IMG/VR virus record: IMGVR_UViG_3300049893_000693
Span: 1-51,729 of that record
Length of the DNA stretch: 51,729 nt
Strand: one strand, 5' to 3'
DNA from: a virus
Lineage: Duplodnaviria > Caudoviricetes
A model generated the notes under the pieces. It made no database searches. It saw only the letters and a program-made list of their open reading frames with translations, and was not told the DNA's origin. This document shows positions 7,645 to 16,916 of this stretch, piece after piece (positions within the stretch are counted from its first letter, which is position 1; each line of letters opens with the position of its first letter). The position numbers and the translations under genes are program-made.

Positions 7645-9987
7645 ATGCCCGAAACACTCGACCACGTTGCAGTACAACGATATATCGCCTCGGCTGGAAA
7701 TGACCTATGTCGAATTGCGCATGATAAAGCGTTGTGGGTTTCGCCTGATGATGAGGACGCATGTACGGCCTTGGATAAGCTGACGGCTTCAGTTGCCGAC
7801 CGATGGAACCCTGACAGACCACTGTCCCCATTTACGGTAGAGGTACTGACCCGCTTCATCCAGCTTTGCCCGACATTCGACCTCATACGAACACAGCATG
7901 ACACCGACCAGGACGAGTTTCACTGGGCCTGGGTGCGCCTCGTGTTCGCTGCTGCGGGGTATGAGGCGCACGGCCCTCTGGCTAGTGCGGCTTGCATGCT
8001 GTACCCCCAATGCCCCTTGTCAGTTTCAGAGAGTCGCGACGAGTGGTTGAGTGCCCTCGACTCAGCACACCGTACTTGTGGTTGGCCTGTTACGGTGGCC
8101 TTTCTACCCTGGAAGGCACTCGTTCGCGCTCTCCCTTATGTTGAACGTGACGAATATATCCCATCCACATTCGGTCGCGCTATCGCCCTACTTCACGCAT
8201 TGAAGCATGTCCGAATTGACCATGGCGAAGATAACCCACAATTCATTGTGTCATTCGGTGGGGTATCCAGCTTTGCCGCGACACGTAATAGCGCAGGTAT
8301 CCTCAGCGAGATGCGAGATACCATGTCAGCCATCACCACCATGTTAGGATACTATGGATCAAGTACTGAGAAATCCCAGTCACCGCTTCGCATTTGCTGG
8401 CGATCGCTCGCCAACCGACTTACCGCAGGGAGTTTCTTGCCTCGCCGTCCTATTGCCCAACTGCCCGGATATGTTCTGGCCGGACCCTGGTCAACAGTGG
8501 TTCCGACAACCGACACAGGACGATTCGCGCAGACTGGTCTTAGGCTGGATGGTGTATGGCTCGCCAAGGATGGTCGCATTGCCGAATATCACGGCGATGA
8601 CGAAGATGTTGTCACCTACTCCTGGAATATCAAGAATCACACGATTTTCAATACAGATCGTACACGATTCGTAAATGGTCTGCCCGAAACCTACACGGTA
8701 GGCGAGTATCCGGCTGACTTGTGGGCTAACTACTTCCCCAATCTGGATGAAGCACACTTCCCCTCGCCGCTGCATAAGCATGCATTCAGATCCCTGGTAG
8801 ACTCAATAGTTGTATCCTCCTTCCTTGTCGATGAGTTCCAGCAGTTTACTGGCGAAAAGCCTATGTTACTCTGCTTCCCCCAATCCCCGGAGATAGAAAG
8901 TTGCACAAACCAAGGCAAAACGACTGCGGCGCTGGCTATAACACGGGCCATTGTCCCTGGTATCACCCAACCAGTGAGTCTGATGACAGGTGCGTCAGCA
9001 CCGGATCAGAGGTCATTTGCCCAGCAGCTATTGCGCTACGGTACGGCCTGCATCGACGAATGGTTCCCTACCGCGAAGGACGGCCATGTCCTGAGCAACC
9101 GGAACCTCCAAGCTGCGATGACGGGCGGGAGGCTGACGATCGGCCTAGCAGGCGAGAATGCCCCTGGTGTGTCGTTACGGTATAGCCTGACCGCATCATG
9201 TAAGGCTGGCGATTTCCCCCCGGATTTGGTCAATCGCGTCATTCCAGCCTTCCTCGGCCCCCTCCCGGAAACCTCTAGGACTGGCGTAAGTGGAGATAAG
9301 CTGACCAGTGGACAGGCCAGCCTGGAGATACGACTTGCTGCGCTGCACTACATTGATTCGACCGACTTAGTAGAGTATCTAAGGTCTTGTGCCAAACCAA
9401 CTAACGCCTGGCGATACCCATGGCATCTGGCTGTAGCTACTCACATCTGCGCTACCCGGACTGGTCTGCCTATCTCAGAGGTTGAGCATGCGGTTGCCGA
9501 AGCTGTGAAGCTCATGGCTATCCGCATGCTTGACCACGCCAAGATCGCTGAAGAGTCCGGCCTCCTCACTCAGTTGCGTGAGGGTGTACATATCGAACTG
9601 CCTATTCGCGCCTTCTTCGACAACCTGACGGACGTGGATCTGCTTCAGCTAGTCCATTTGGCCGAGCCGCACGGTTCGACCATTGGTGGCGTGCGCTGGC
9701 TCACGGCATCTAGTCTGGTGAGAGCGCGCAAAGAGGCTCATGGCACTAATCGGGCTGGCGTCCTACTTGAATCAATCACCGGCCTTCGCGCTGGTATTAC
9801 TGACCGATCACTTGCACGAACCTTGCTCGTAGATGTACGTAAGACTATGAAGCCTGATGAAGCCGTGCCGCTTCCAGGCACATCATATCAGTTACGCCGA
9901 TCCTCCGAGGCTATGGAACAGCAATACGACAACAAGGTGTGGTTAAGGATCGAACCACGCCAACCAGTTAAACCAACAACGCTCTAG
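7645..9987 (+). CDS. Divergent P-loop NTPase, probable replicative helicase or primase-helicase
   Basis: Walker A-like NQGKTT, Walker B ACIDE; directly upstream of the DNA polymerase. Confidence 0.6.
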   Translation: MPETLDHVAVQRYIASAGNDLCRIAHDKALWVSPDDEDACTALDKLTASVADRWNPDRPLSPFTVEVLTRFIQLCPTFDLIRTQHDTDQDEFHWAWVRLVFAAAGYEAHGPLASAACMLYPQCPLSVSESRDEWLSALDSAHRTCGWPVTVAFLPWKALVRALPYVERDEYIPSTFGRAIALLHALKHVRIDHGEDNPQFIVSFGGVSSFAATRNSAGILSEMRDTMSAITTMLGYYGSSTEKSQSPLRICWRSLANRLTAGSFLPRRPIAQLPGYVLAGPWSTVVPTTDTGRFAQTGLRLDGVWLAKDGRIAEYHGDDEDVVTYSWNIKNHTIFNTDRTRFVNGLPETYTVGEYPADLWANYFPNLDEAHFPSPLHKHAFRSLVDSIVVSSFLVDEFQQFTGEKPMLLCFPQSPEIESCTNQGKTTAALAITRAIVPGITQPVSLMTGASAPDQRSFAQQLLRYGTACIDEWFPTAKDGHVLSNRNLQAAMTGGRLTIGLAGENAPGVSLRYSLTASCKAGDFPPDLVNRVIPAFLGPLPETSRTGVSGDKLTSGQASLEIRLAALHYIDSTDLVEYLRSCAKPTNAWRYPWHLAVATHICATRTGLPISEVEHAVAEAVKLMAIRMLDHAKIAEESGLLTQLREGVHIELPIRAFFDNLTDVDLLQLVHLAEPHGSTIGGVRWLTASSLVRARKEAHGTNRAGVLLESITGLRAGITDRSLARTLLVDVRKTMKPDEAVPLPGTSYQLRRSSEAMEQQYDNKVWLRIEPRQPVKPTTL

Positions 9988-9994
9988 GGGGACG

Positions 9995-12061
9995 ATGAAC
10001 TACTTATACATAGACTTCGAGTGTAAGTATAATTCAAAAACCCTGTCCCTCAAGAAAATGACGCTTCGCAACTACTTAGCCAGCACGGCTATACTAGGCG
10101 GGGCCTTCGCGGAGAATGACGATGCCCCGATCTGGCTTACTGAAACAGACATGCGAAGCGATAGTGTGCTGTCCTACTTGCGGGAGATCGCACTATCAGA
10201 AGAGTGGACCGTTATTGCCCACAACGCAGCATTTGATTTGCGTGTGTGGCGGTATCTGCTCGATCTACCATACCCACGTCACAAGCTATGCTCACTGGAG
10301 TTGGCCTGTGCAGCGTTCCCCTGCCAACCCGGAGGCTATAGTCTCAACAATCTGTCCCGTACATTGGACCTCGGTGGACGCAAACTCGAAATCAACCTCC
10401 AAGACCACACGCCGCAAGAACTCGAAACATACTGCATTAGCGACGTGTCGCTGTGCAGAACTCTAGCCAAGCGATGTCTTGCCCGCCTCACCCCCGAAGA
10501 AATCAAGATTGCGGAGCTATGCAACAATGCAAGAGAGTTCTACTTCCATGTCGATTCGGCTCGGGTACTTGAGTCCGTACAAACACTCTCCGATGCTGCT
10601 ACATCTCACGCTGTTGCGGCCATTGACCTGGGAGACGAGGATGCATTTGGGTGGGATGGCGATGTCGTTAGGTCCGTTAAGCCTGCCGCAGTCAAGAAAG
10701 CCCTCCTCGAAAACCTAGGCTTTGATACAGCGTCCATCTCATTCAAAAAGATCAACCCGGAGAAACTTCGTGACAACCCTAAAGCGGCGACCACACTCAA
10801 AGCGATTGAACGGACGAACAAGACGCTCTCGCACAAGCGTCGAGTCGGCGCTTTCGTCGGCGCTAATGTCATCGACGTGGAGTTGGGATATTTCAGAGCA
10901 CATACAGGACGTTTTAGCTCGCCACAAGTTGGCGGGTCGAAAGGCATCAACATCCATAATCTGCCGAAACGTGATAAAACGCTTGCTAAGTCCATCAGGA
11001 CTCTGTTCAGACTCCCACCAGGATACTGCTTTGTCCGAGGAGATCTCGCCAACGTCGAGTATCGGATCGAGGGATGGCTTACAGGGTCACGCCATACAGA
11101 CGAGCTATTCCGACGAGATCGACTGGCAGATCCATATGCGGCGTTCTGGCTTGCTGCCACCGGGCAGCGGTGCAGTAAGACCGAGAATGTCGCTGCAAGA
11201 CAGCTCGCAAAGGCAGCAGTGCTTGGGCTTGGCTACGGAATGGGCCTCGCTAGGTGGGTCGAGGAACTGCTCAAGGGACTTGCAGACCCAACTTTCGGAG
11301 TCACCCTTCACGATCTGCGATCTATATCGGATGCAAACCGTTGGACCCTCCCCAACGACAAGTACGTCCGAAGCGTCCTCGTCAAGTCCCGCGCCCCGGA
11401 AGTCGTGGTGGCAGTGGCTTACCACACTAGAGAGCAGTTCCACAAACTCCATGCTGAGTTCTTTACTTGTACGCGTTGGTTGGAGAGCACTGTGTTGGAC
11501 GCTATTAGGGGCCTTGATCCTAGGGCTGGGATTGAACGAGCCTACCAACTCGCTACTGCTCCTGATCGGGGCCGTATTAATCTCCATTGGGATAGCGATT
11601 CTTTTGGTCCTTCGATCCGATCCCTCCGCGTTCAGTGTGGAGTTTGGCCAAACCCTACTGTTACATGGCGTGACCTCTGCTTTCGTGAAACGAGTATGGG
11701 TGGGTACTGTCTCCACTGTGTCCACCACGCTAAAGGGTATAGGCCGCTTACTAAGAATCTGCTAATTGAGAATGTCACACAATCTGCCGCACGCAACGCC
11801 CTATGCAAAGGACAACTAGAACTTGAAAACCTTGGATACAAATACCAACTCAGCGTCCACGATGAAATCCTACTCATTGTGCCACGTAACGAACGAGATG
11901 TGCGAGATGCCAGGGATGCATTGCTTCGGGTGTTCGGTCCGCAAAACACACTCGGATATGATTGGGCGGTCCTTATCGATCCCAACGAAATCAATGTATC
12001 CCAATCCCTCTACGAAACCCCCACAGACTGGTCTAACCTAGACCTGGAGAACTTACCATGA
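9995..12061 (+). CDS. polA: DNA polymerase family A with 3'-5' exonuclease domain
   Basis: Exo motifs DFE, HNAAFD, YCISD; HTGRFSS; motif A DLANVEYR; motif B RQLAKAAVLGLGYG; motif C VHDE. Confidence 0.95.
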   Translation: MNYLYIDFECKYNSKTLSLKKMTLRNYLASTAILGGAFAENDDAPIWLTETDMRSDSVLSYLREIALSEEWTVIAHNAAFDLRVWRYLLDLPYPRHKLCSLELACAAFPCQPGGYSLNNLSRTLDLGGRKLEINLQDHTPQELETYCISDVSLCRTLAKRCLARLTPEEIKIAELCNNAREFYFHVDSARVLESVQTLSDAATSHAVAAIDLGDEDAFGWDGDVVRSVKPAAVKKALLENLGFDTASISFKKINPEKLRDNPKAATTLKAIERTNKTLSHKRRVGAFVGANVIDVELGYFRAHTGRFSSPQVGGSKGINIHNLPKRDKTLAKSIRTLFRLPPGYCFVRGDLANVEYRIEGWLTGSRHTDELFRRDRLADPYAAFWLAATGQRCSKTENVAARQLAKAAVLGLGYGMGLARWVEELLKGLADPTFGVTLHDLRSISDANRWTLPNDKYVRSVLVKSRAPEVVVAVAYHTREQFHKLHAEFFTCTRWLESTVLDAIRGLDPRAGIERAYQLATAPDRGRINLHWDSDSFGPSIRSLRVQCGVWPNPTVTWRDLCFRETSMGGYCLHCVHHAKGYRPLTKNLLIENVTQSAARNALCKGQLELENLGYKYQLSVHDEILLIVPRNERDVRDARDALLRVFGPQNTLGYDWAVLIDPNEINVSQSLYETPTDWSNLDLENLP

Positions 12062-12495
12062 CGTATGACGAGCTTGCAAAAGCCTTCCCACGCGTATTCC
12101 GACACTATGATTCACAAAATACCGGGTATGGTATTGACCGTACTCGTGACGGCTATTTTGCCAGTCCGTTCCATGAGCGAGGCTTTGAGCATCCAGATGG
12201 CTGGACTCCTCTCGTCATACGGCTGGCGCAGACTCTTGAAAACCTTATGTCGGCTCATGGCGCGGACATATGGTGCGAGCAGGTCAAGAGCAAGTTTGGT
12301 GAGTTACGCTTCTACGTCGGGTATGACTACGCACCGTATGAGTTTGTTATTCGCACTGATGCCGCTATTCGGGCTATCGAATCCGAAAGCCGCCGTACAT
12401 GTGAACAGTGTGGCAAACCTGGACAACGCAAAACGTCAGATGGCTGGGTATACGTCGAGTGCGACGACTGCGCGAACAAGGCGGTGCGGGCATGA
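12058..12495 (+). CDS. Conserved phage hypothetical protein with C-terminal Zn finger
   Basis: GW..L, QVKSKFGELRFY, TCEQCGKPG, GW....CDDC. Confidence 0.75.
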   Translation: MTYDELAKAFPRVFRHYDSQNTGYGIDRTRDGYFASPFHERGFEHPDGWTPLVIRLAQTLENLMSAHGADIWCEQVKSKFGELRFYVGYDYAPYEFVIRTDAAIRAIESESRRTCEQCGKPGQRKTSDGWVYVECDDCANKAVRA

Positions 12496-12728
12496 CACTT
12501 GAAGTACGACAATCACCATGGCACAACATCAGGGCCAACGAACGGGTACTGTATCGTGAAGTTAGTCGTAGAGCATGTGGTATTGGCAGCGCGCTCGACT
12601 ACAGAGACTACCAACATGGGCCTGTGCAATCGGGCCTCGTCATTGAACACGCCCGTTCAGGACGATACATCAGATTAGACCAGAAATGGTTCGACGTTTA
12701 CGACCTCGAATTGCTGGAGGTATTATGA
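12492..12728 (+). CDS. Hypothetical protein
   Basis: ATGA coupling at both ends. Confidence 0.6.
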   Translation: MTLEVRQSPWHNIRANERVLYREVSRRACGIGSALDYRDYQHGPVQSGLVIEHARSGRYIRLDQKWFDVYDLELLEVL

Positions 12729-12913
12729 CTATTGTCGATCTAATGAAACAGCACGTCTCGCCAGAGATGGCGGCTAATCCCGGCAAGGACTGCGCATGGC
12801 TAATCAAACGCATCATTAAACGCACTGGCGGGGCGGCTGATCCCGCTAGGATAACAGAATGCTGGCATATGTTCAACACCGTGAAACAAGACCTCAAGGA
12901 GAATGAAGAATGA
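12725..12913 (+). CDS. Hypothetical protein
   Basis: GGAGG SD; ATGA coupling. Confidence 0.6.
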   Translation: MTIVDLMKQHVSPEMAANPGKDCAWLIKRIIKRTGGAADPARITECWHMFNTVKQDLKENEE

Positions 12914-13098
12914 CCCGTCCACCCTGTCCCGCTGGCGTCGATCCAGAGAATTGGCACGATGCCTGCCTTGAAGTGGAACGTCTACTCCGAGTCCTATCGG
13001 GTATGGACATTCTACTTCATACCTCCTACAATCCACACCACTACCATCTGGAACCTATGCACCAGCCTAAGACTTCTACAATTACTGAGGCCATATGA
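12910..13098 (+). CDS. Hypothetical protein
   Basis: AAGGAG SD; ATGA coupling. Confidence 0.55.
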   Translation: MTRPPCPAGVDPENWHDACLEVERLLRVLSGMDILLHTSYNPHHYHLEPMHQPKTSTITEAI

Positions 13099-13247
13099 CC
13101 GGCTCATGTAATGTTTGCCATCACGATGGCACGATCTACGCAGAACATGACGCGGAGACTGGCGAGATCATCCCGTTCTGCCCAGTGTGTCTGAGTGAAG
13201 ACGTGAACACGGATACGGATATCGAATCTTCAAAGGTAGGACGATGA
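13095..13247 (+). CDS. Small Zn-ribbon protein, 50 aa (not in ORF track)
   Basis: MTGSCNVC...FCPVCLS; GAGG SD; ATGA overlaps at both ends. Confidence 0.65.
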   Translation: MTGSCNVCHHDGTIYAEHDAETGEIIPFCPVCLSEDVNTDTDIESSKVGR

Positions 13248-14854
13248 CATGCCATCTGACGTACACGATAAACGGACTACCCGACGCCAGAATGCAAGCC
13301 GTATCCAGCGCAGATCGAAAGGCTTGCGCTCTGACACATGCTCTGAATGCGGCACTAAACCAGAGGCGCTTAGGTGGTCTGCTTCCTTCTACTGGCACCA
13401 TAACTCAGGCTTGCCTCGATGAACTGCACACTCACAATGTCCCCGAGTCCCGCGCCAGACTTTGGTCGGCGGGACTTGACCTCATCCGGCCAAACGGATC
13501 GGTATGCGAGACTTTCGCTGGCCGCACCCTCGACCCGTACCAAAGCGATGCTCTTCGCAGGCTTACCTGTGCCGGAGGAATCCTGGCGCTCGGCTGTGGC
13601 CTCGGCAAAACCCTTACAGCCCTATGCGCCGTCGAATATTATCAATCTCAACTAGCCACTAAGCGGTTATGGATCATATGCCCGCTCAATGCCATGTCGT
13701 CTTGGAAGCCTTACGTCTCATTCATGGACGGATGGGATGTTAAGATCATATCCATGGATTCGCTACACAAACTGGCCGCAGCGCCAGTAGGAGGAGTCAT
13801 AATATATGACGAGGCCCATCTCCTCGGCGCGTCAACAGCGCGAAGAACAAAGGCAGCACATACTACGCGAATTGCGTTCGATGTTGGCCTATGTCTCACA
13901 GGCACGTTTCTCCACGGAGGAGTCGAAAAGACTCTCTCAATGCTTGACCTTGCTATTCCAGGCGCAGCAGGCTTTGCTTCCAAGTGGAGTGCGGGCGAGT
14001 ACTTCAAGTGCCTCGTTCGAAAGAAAATCGGAACCAGAAGCGTCACCGAGATTGTCCGACCTGGGGGCGTGCAGCGCGAGCGATTATTCCAGTATCTCGC
14101 ACGTTACGTGGTCATGCTCTCCTCGTCATCTGATTCAGTACGAGCCAGCCTCACCGTACCCGACCAACACATCCACACCATCCAACTAGCCGAACCCTGG
14201 AGATCCTTACATGAAGAAGCGTCGCACGTCGCGCTCACGGAATATGACGCCACGGGTGTCCTGCCCAACGCACAGGCTACGGCGCATGCCTTGTGTCGAG
14301 CGGGTGCCGACGCTAAAATTGCCTGGATTTTCGAGCACTTGGACAATGAGGCGTGTGTCATTTACGCGCATTATCACGAGACACTTGACGCCGTACAGGC
14401 CGAACTTGAGGCTGCTGGCATTACATATGTGCGAGTTGACGGCAGCACAACCGCCAAGGAGCGTATCGAAGCGCGCGACCGTTTTGCTGACGGCACTGCA
14501 CAAGTATTTCTTGGACAGGTTGTGGCGTCAGGGATCGGTGTGGACGGCCTCCAAGAACGAGCGATTTACTCGATTTCGCTGGACCATTCCTGGCGGCCTG
14601 ACGTGTACTCGCAGAGTCTCGCACGTACCTGCCGTCGAGGACAGACCCAGGAAACTCATCACTTCGACCTTGTGGCGAACCGATTGCAGCTACACGTCTT
14701 AAATCGAATCAGAGCCGGTGAACAATTCAACGCGGAGTGCCAAGAATGGCAAGAACTTAGAACCATAACTCAAGATTTGGCTCGCAATACCTCTCCCGAT
14801 CCTACACTCACTCCTCCATGCCCCGCTACCGGCCAAGGTAGCACAGAACCGTAA
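13244..14854 (+). CDS. SNF2-like superfamily 2 helicase
   Basis: LDPYQ, GCGLGKT, DEAH, LTGT, GIGVDGLQ, QSLARTCRRGQ. Confidence 0.92.
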   Translation: MTCHLTYTINGLPDARMQAVSSADRKACALTHALNAALNQRRLGGLLPSTGTITQACLDELHTHNVPESRARLWSAGLDLIRPNGSVCETFAGRTLDPYQSDALRRLTCAGGILALGCGLGKTLTALCAVEYYQSQLATKRLWIICPLNAMSSWKPYVSFMDGWDVKIISMDSLHKLAAAPVGGVIIYDEAHLLGASTARRTKAAHTTRIAFDVGLCLTGTFLHGGVEKTLSMLDLAIPGAAGFASKWSAGEYFKCLVRKKIGTRSVTEIVRPGGVQRERLFQYLARYVVMLSSSSDSVRASLTVPDQHIHTIQLAEPWRSLHEEASHVALTEYDATGVLPNAQATAHALCRAGADAKIAWIFEHLDNEACVIYAHYHETLDAVQAELEAAGITYVRVDGSTTAKERIEARDRFADGTAQVFLGQVVASGIGVDGLQERAIYSISLDHSWRPDVYSQSLARTCRRGQTQETHHFDLVANRLQLHVLNRIRAGEQFNAECQEWQELRTITQDLARNTSPDPTLTPPCPATGQGSTEP

Positions 14855-14864
14855 GGAAAAACCT

Positions 14865-15749
14865 ATGGGTCTCGCCGACGCAGCCAAAAAGGCTGTCCCT
14901 TCCCCCTCACCCGCTAAACCCGCTGAGGTTCCGAAGGAGGCGCCCACTACGGCCCTTTCGGTTCCAGCCGCTGGCATCATGGCCGTGATTAGTGCCGCCG
15001 ATGCTGGTCAGGGTTTGCAATTCCCCCTGCTCATGGTGGCTGGCGGCGCTCAGGGCGGTACAATCGCTCCGCACAAGTCCGTCCCCCCTGAAATTGCTAA
15101 TTCCATGCCCCAGGGTAAGATGCCGATTGAAGGCATCTTCATCGGTCTCAGGACTGATCTGTCGTCCTGGCCGACTGGATATGACGACCGTGATCCGAAC
15201 GCCGAACAGCAACCGCTGTGGAGTGTGGCGGTGTCTGCGCACGATCAGGTTGGCGCACTGGCTGTGCAGGACGCATGTAAGCAGTACCAGTTCACCAAGA
15301 AAGACGACAAGGCGATTTTCGACGCGGCTAAGTCGGGTGTTGGGCACATCAAGCCCACTCTACAGATGCTCGTGTGGAGCAAGATGTTGGGCGATCTGGT
15401 GGTTGTGCAGTCACCCGCCTCGTACGAGTCCTGGATTGAGGGCTTGCGCGGCATCATGCGGCTGGCCGATCCTCAGACTGGCGCACTGAATCAGTTCCCC
15501 ATGTCCATGCGTATCACCTCAGTTCCCAGGTCGTCTAAGGCCGGTAACTCCTGGCTGGTGCATGTGTTCAGCGTGGACGTGGCTCCGAATGCGACGGGCG
15601 TGGAAATGATGAACACCTTCAAGGCTTGGCGGGCTGGACTGCCGGAAGAGAAGGTGAAGCAGGTTAACGAATGGCTCGCGGCGTCTGACCGTCCGATGAT
15701 GCCCAACATCATGGAGGCGCTGACCAAGGCGAAGACACTCAGGGCCTAG
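14865..15749 (+). CDS. Replication-module protein, possibly ssDNA-binding
   Basis: AAGGA SD, biased codons, position between helicase and Cas4-like nuclease; function inferred from synteny only. Confidence 0.45.
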   Translation: MGLADAAKKAVPSPSPAKPAEVPKEAPTTALSVPAAGIMAVISAADAGQGLQFPLLMVAGGAQGGTIAPHKSVPPEIANSMPQGKMPIEGIFIGLRTDLSSWPTGYDDRDPNAEQQPLWSVAVSAHDQVGALAVQDACKQYQFTKKDDKAIFDAAKSGVGHIKPTLQMLVWSKMLGDLVVVQSPASYESWIEGLRGIMRLADPQTGALNQFPMSMRITSVPRSSKAGNSWLVHVFSVDVAPNATGVEMMNTFKAWRAGLPEEKVKQVNEWLAASDRPMMPNIMEALTKAKTLRA

Positions 15750-15789
15750 AACCGGACTAGGACGTAAACCACCCAAGCCTCTACGTATT

Positions 15790-15889
15790 GTTGAGAATAC
15801 GAATGCTCAACCCGGGTGCCGCACCGTAAGGCGGCGGGCGTATACGGTTTCCAATTACGCCGTCTGACCCCACGTTACGGGGTCTTTAT
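15790..15889 (+). ncRNA. Run of four hairpins upstream of the tRNA-like element; the last is terminator-like
   Basis: GTTGAG/CTCAAC; GCCG..CC-GTAA-GG-CGGC (GNRA loop); GGCGTA/TACGCC; GACCCC/GGGGTC followed by TTTAT. Confidence 0.45.
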
Positions 15890-15890
15890 G

Positions 15891-16001
15891 GGTCACATCG
15901 TCTAATTCTTCGGCCTAGTATAACGCGTTGAAGAGCCGAAACGGTTAAGTTCCAGCGATAACATGCTGGCGATGTGGGTTCGAACCCCACTGTGACCCCC
16001 A
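15891..16001 (+). tRNA. tRNA-like element with non-canonical anticodon loop and 36-nt D-loop insertion
   Basis: Acceptor GGTCACA/TGTGACC, discriminator C and encoded CCA; T-arm GTGGG-TTCGAAC-CCCAC; stem CCAGC/GCTGG with 8-nt loop GATAACAT. Confidence 0.8.
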
Positions 16002-16017
16002 CCCTCTAAGGAGCATC

Positions 16018-16122
16018 ATGGCTAAACTAAAGACACCACGCCGAAAACCCCCGGCGCATGAAATCTCTACTAAACGTGTGCTAGGCAAGGGCTGGCGTAA
16101 AGGTTCGCGTCATGCCAGATAA
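16018..16122 (+). CDS. Small Arg/Lys-rich peptide, 34 aa (not in ORF track)
   Basis: AAGGAG SD; MAKLKTPRRKPPAHEISTKRVLGKGWRKGSRHAR; overlaps next start. Confidence 0.6.
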   Translation: MAKLKTPRRKPPAHEISTKRVLGKGWRKGSRHAR

Positions 16123-16915
16123 CCTATGGCGTCCACGATCAAGCACGCTGGGCGCCTATTTTCTTTGTGACTACCGTGCGGCTCTTGACCGCGCAATCTT
16201 CTATGGTGAAGCTGAAGCGATCGACGACGCGCAGGACACCAAGTATGCTGATTTCGGAACCCTCATACACTGGCGCACCCAGGAGCTAATCAATGCCCAC
16301 TTCGCGGAAGACGCAGAACCTCCAACTGCTGAACAATTTGAGTCGGCTTGTCAGTTGCATGGAGGGGACCCCGGAACTTGTCGAGATATGGTTGAACGCG
16401 TCGCTGAACGCGCTGCTCTCAGACTTGCAGGACTTGGACTCTCATGGGATGCTGAGACCCACTGGAAATCCGCCGACCTCACTGGACACATCGACTTCCT
16501 TAGTACCGACCGCGACGTAATCGTTGACCTCAAAACAACCTCGCGTAAGCCGACTCACAACCGAATCAAACCCTCACACCTGATCCAGATGGTGGCCTAT
16601 TGGTTACTCACGGATCGGACACCCACGAAAGGCTATGTCCTCTATGTTGACGCTCAGAAGTCCGCTTGGAGTCTCCTTTGTCCACTCGATTATGGAAGCG
16701 ATGGGGTACAAAATCTTGCCCAACAAGTCCAAGAGTATCTCGCGTATCTGCGGTCCCCCCGGCTTTCGGCGGCTTGTGTCCCGCGACTCGGCGCCCACTG
16801 CTCCGAAGAGTTCTGTCCCCATCGTGCTCGCTGTAAGGATTACTACGTCCCACCACCCGGCGATTTAGACGAGACCAAAGACCGTATCCCATCCCTCCTA
16901 TGCCAAGGACTGTAG
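16112..16915 (+). CDS. Cas4/RecB-like PD-(D/E)XK exonuclease
   Basis: FGTLIH, GHID, VDLKT, QMVAY; Cys near N-terminus plus C....CP....C cluster. Confidence 0.85.
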   Translation: MPDNLWRPRSSTLGAYFLCDYRAALDRAIFYGEAEAIDDAQDTKYADFGTLIHWRTQELINAHFAEDAEPPTAEQFESACQLHGGDPGTCRDMVERVAERAALRLAGLGLSWDAETHWKSADLTGHIDFLSTDRDVIVDLKTTSRKPTHNRIKPSHLIQMVAYWLLTDRTPTKGYVLYVDAQKSAWSLLCPLDYGSDGVQNLAQQVQEYLAYLRSPRLSAACVPRLGAHCSEEFCPHRARCKDYYVPPPGDLDETKDRIPSLLCQGL

Positions 16916-16916
16916 A

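Noticed and set aside
15957-15964. Assigning the tRNA-like element an anticodon (AAC Val or TAA Leu)
   Set aside because: The loop is 6 or 8 nt without a canonical Y32-U33 register, so any assignment would be arbitrary
16112-16915. CRISPR system suggested by the Cas4-like gene
   Set aside because: No repeat-spacer array or other cas genes; solo Cas4-like nucleases are common in phage replication modules
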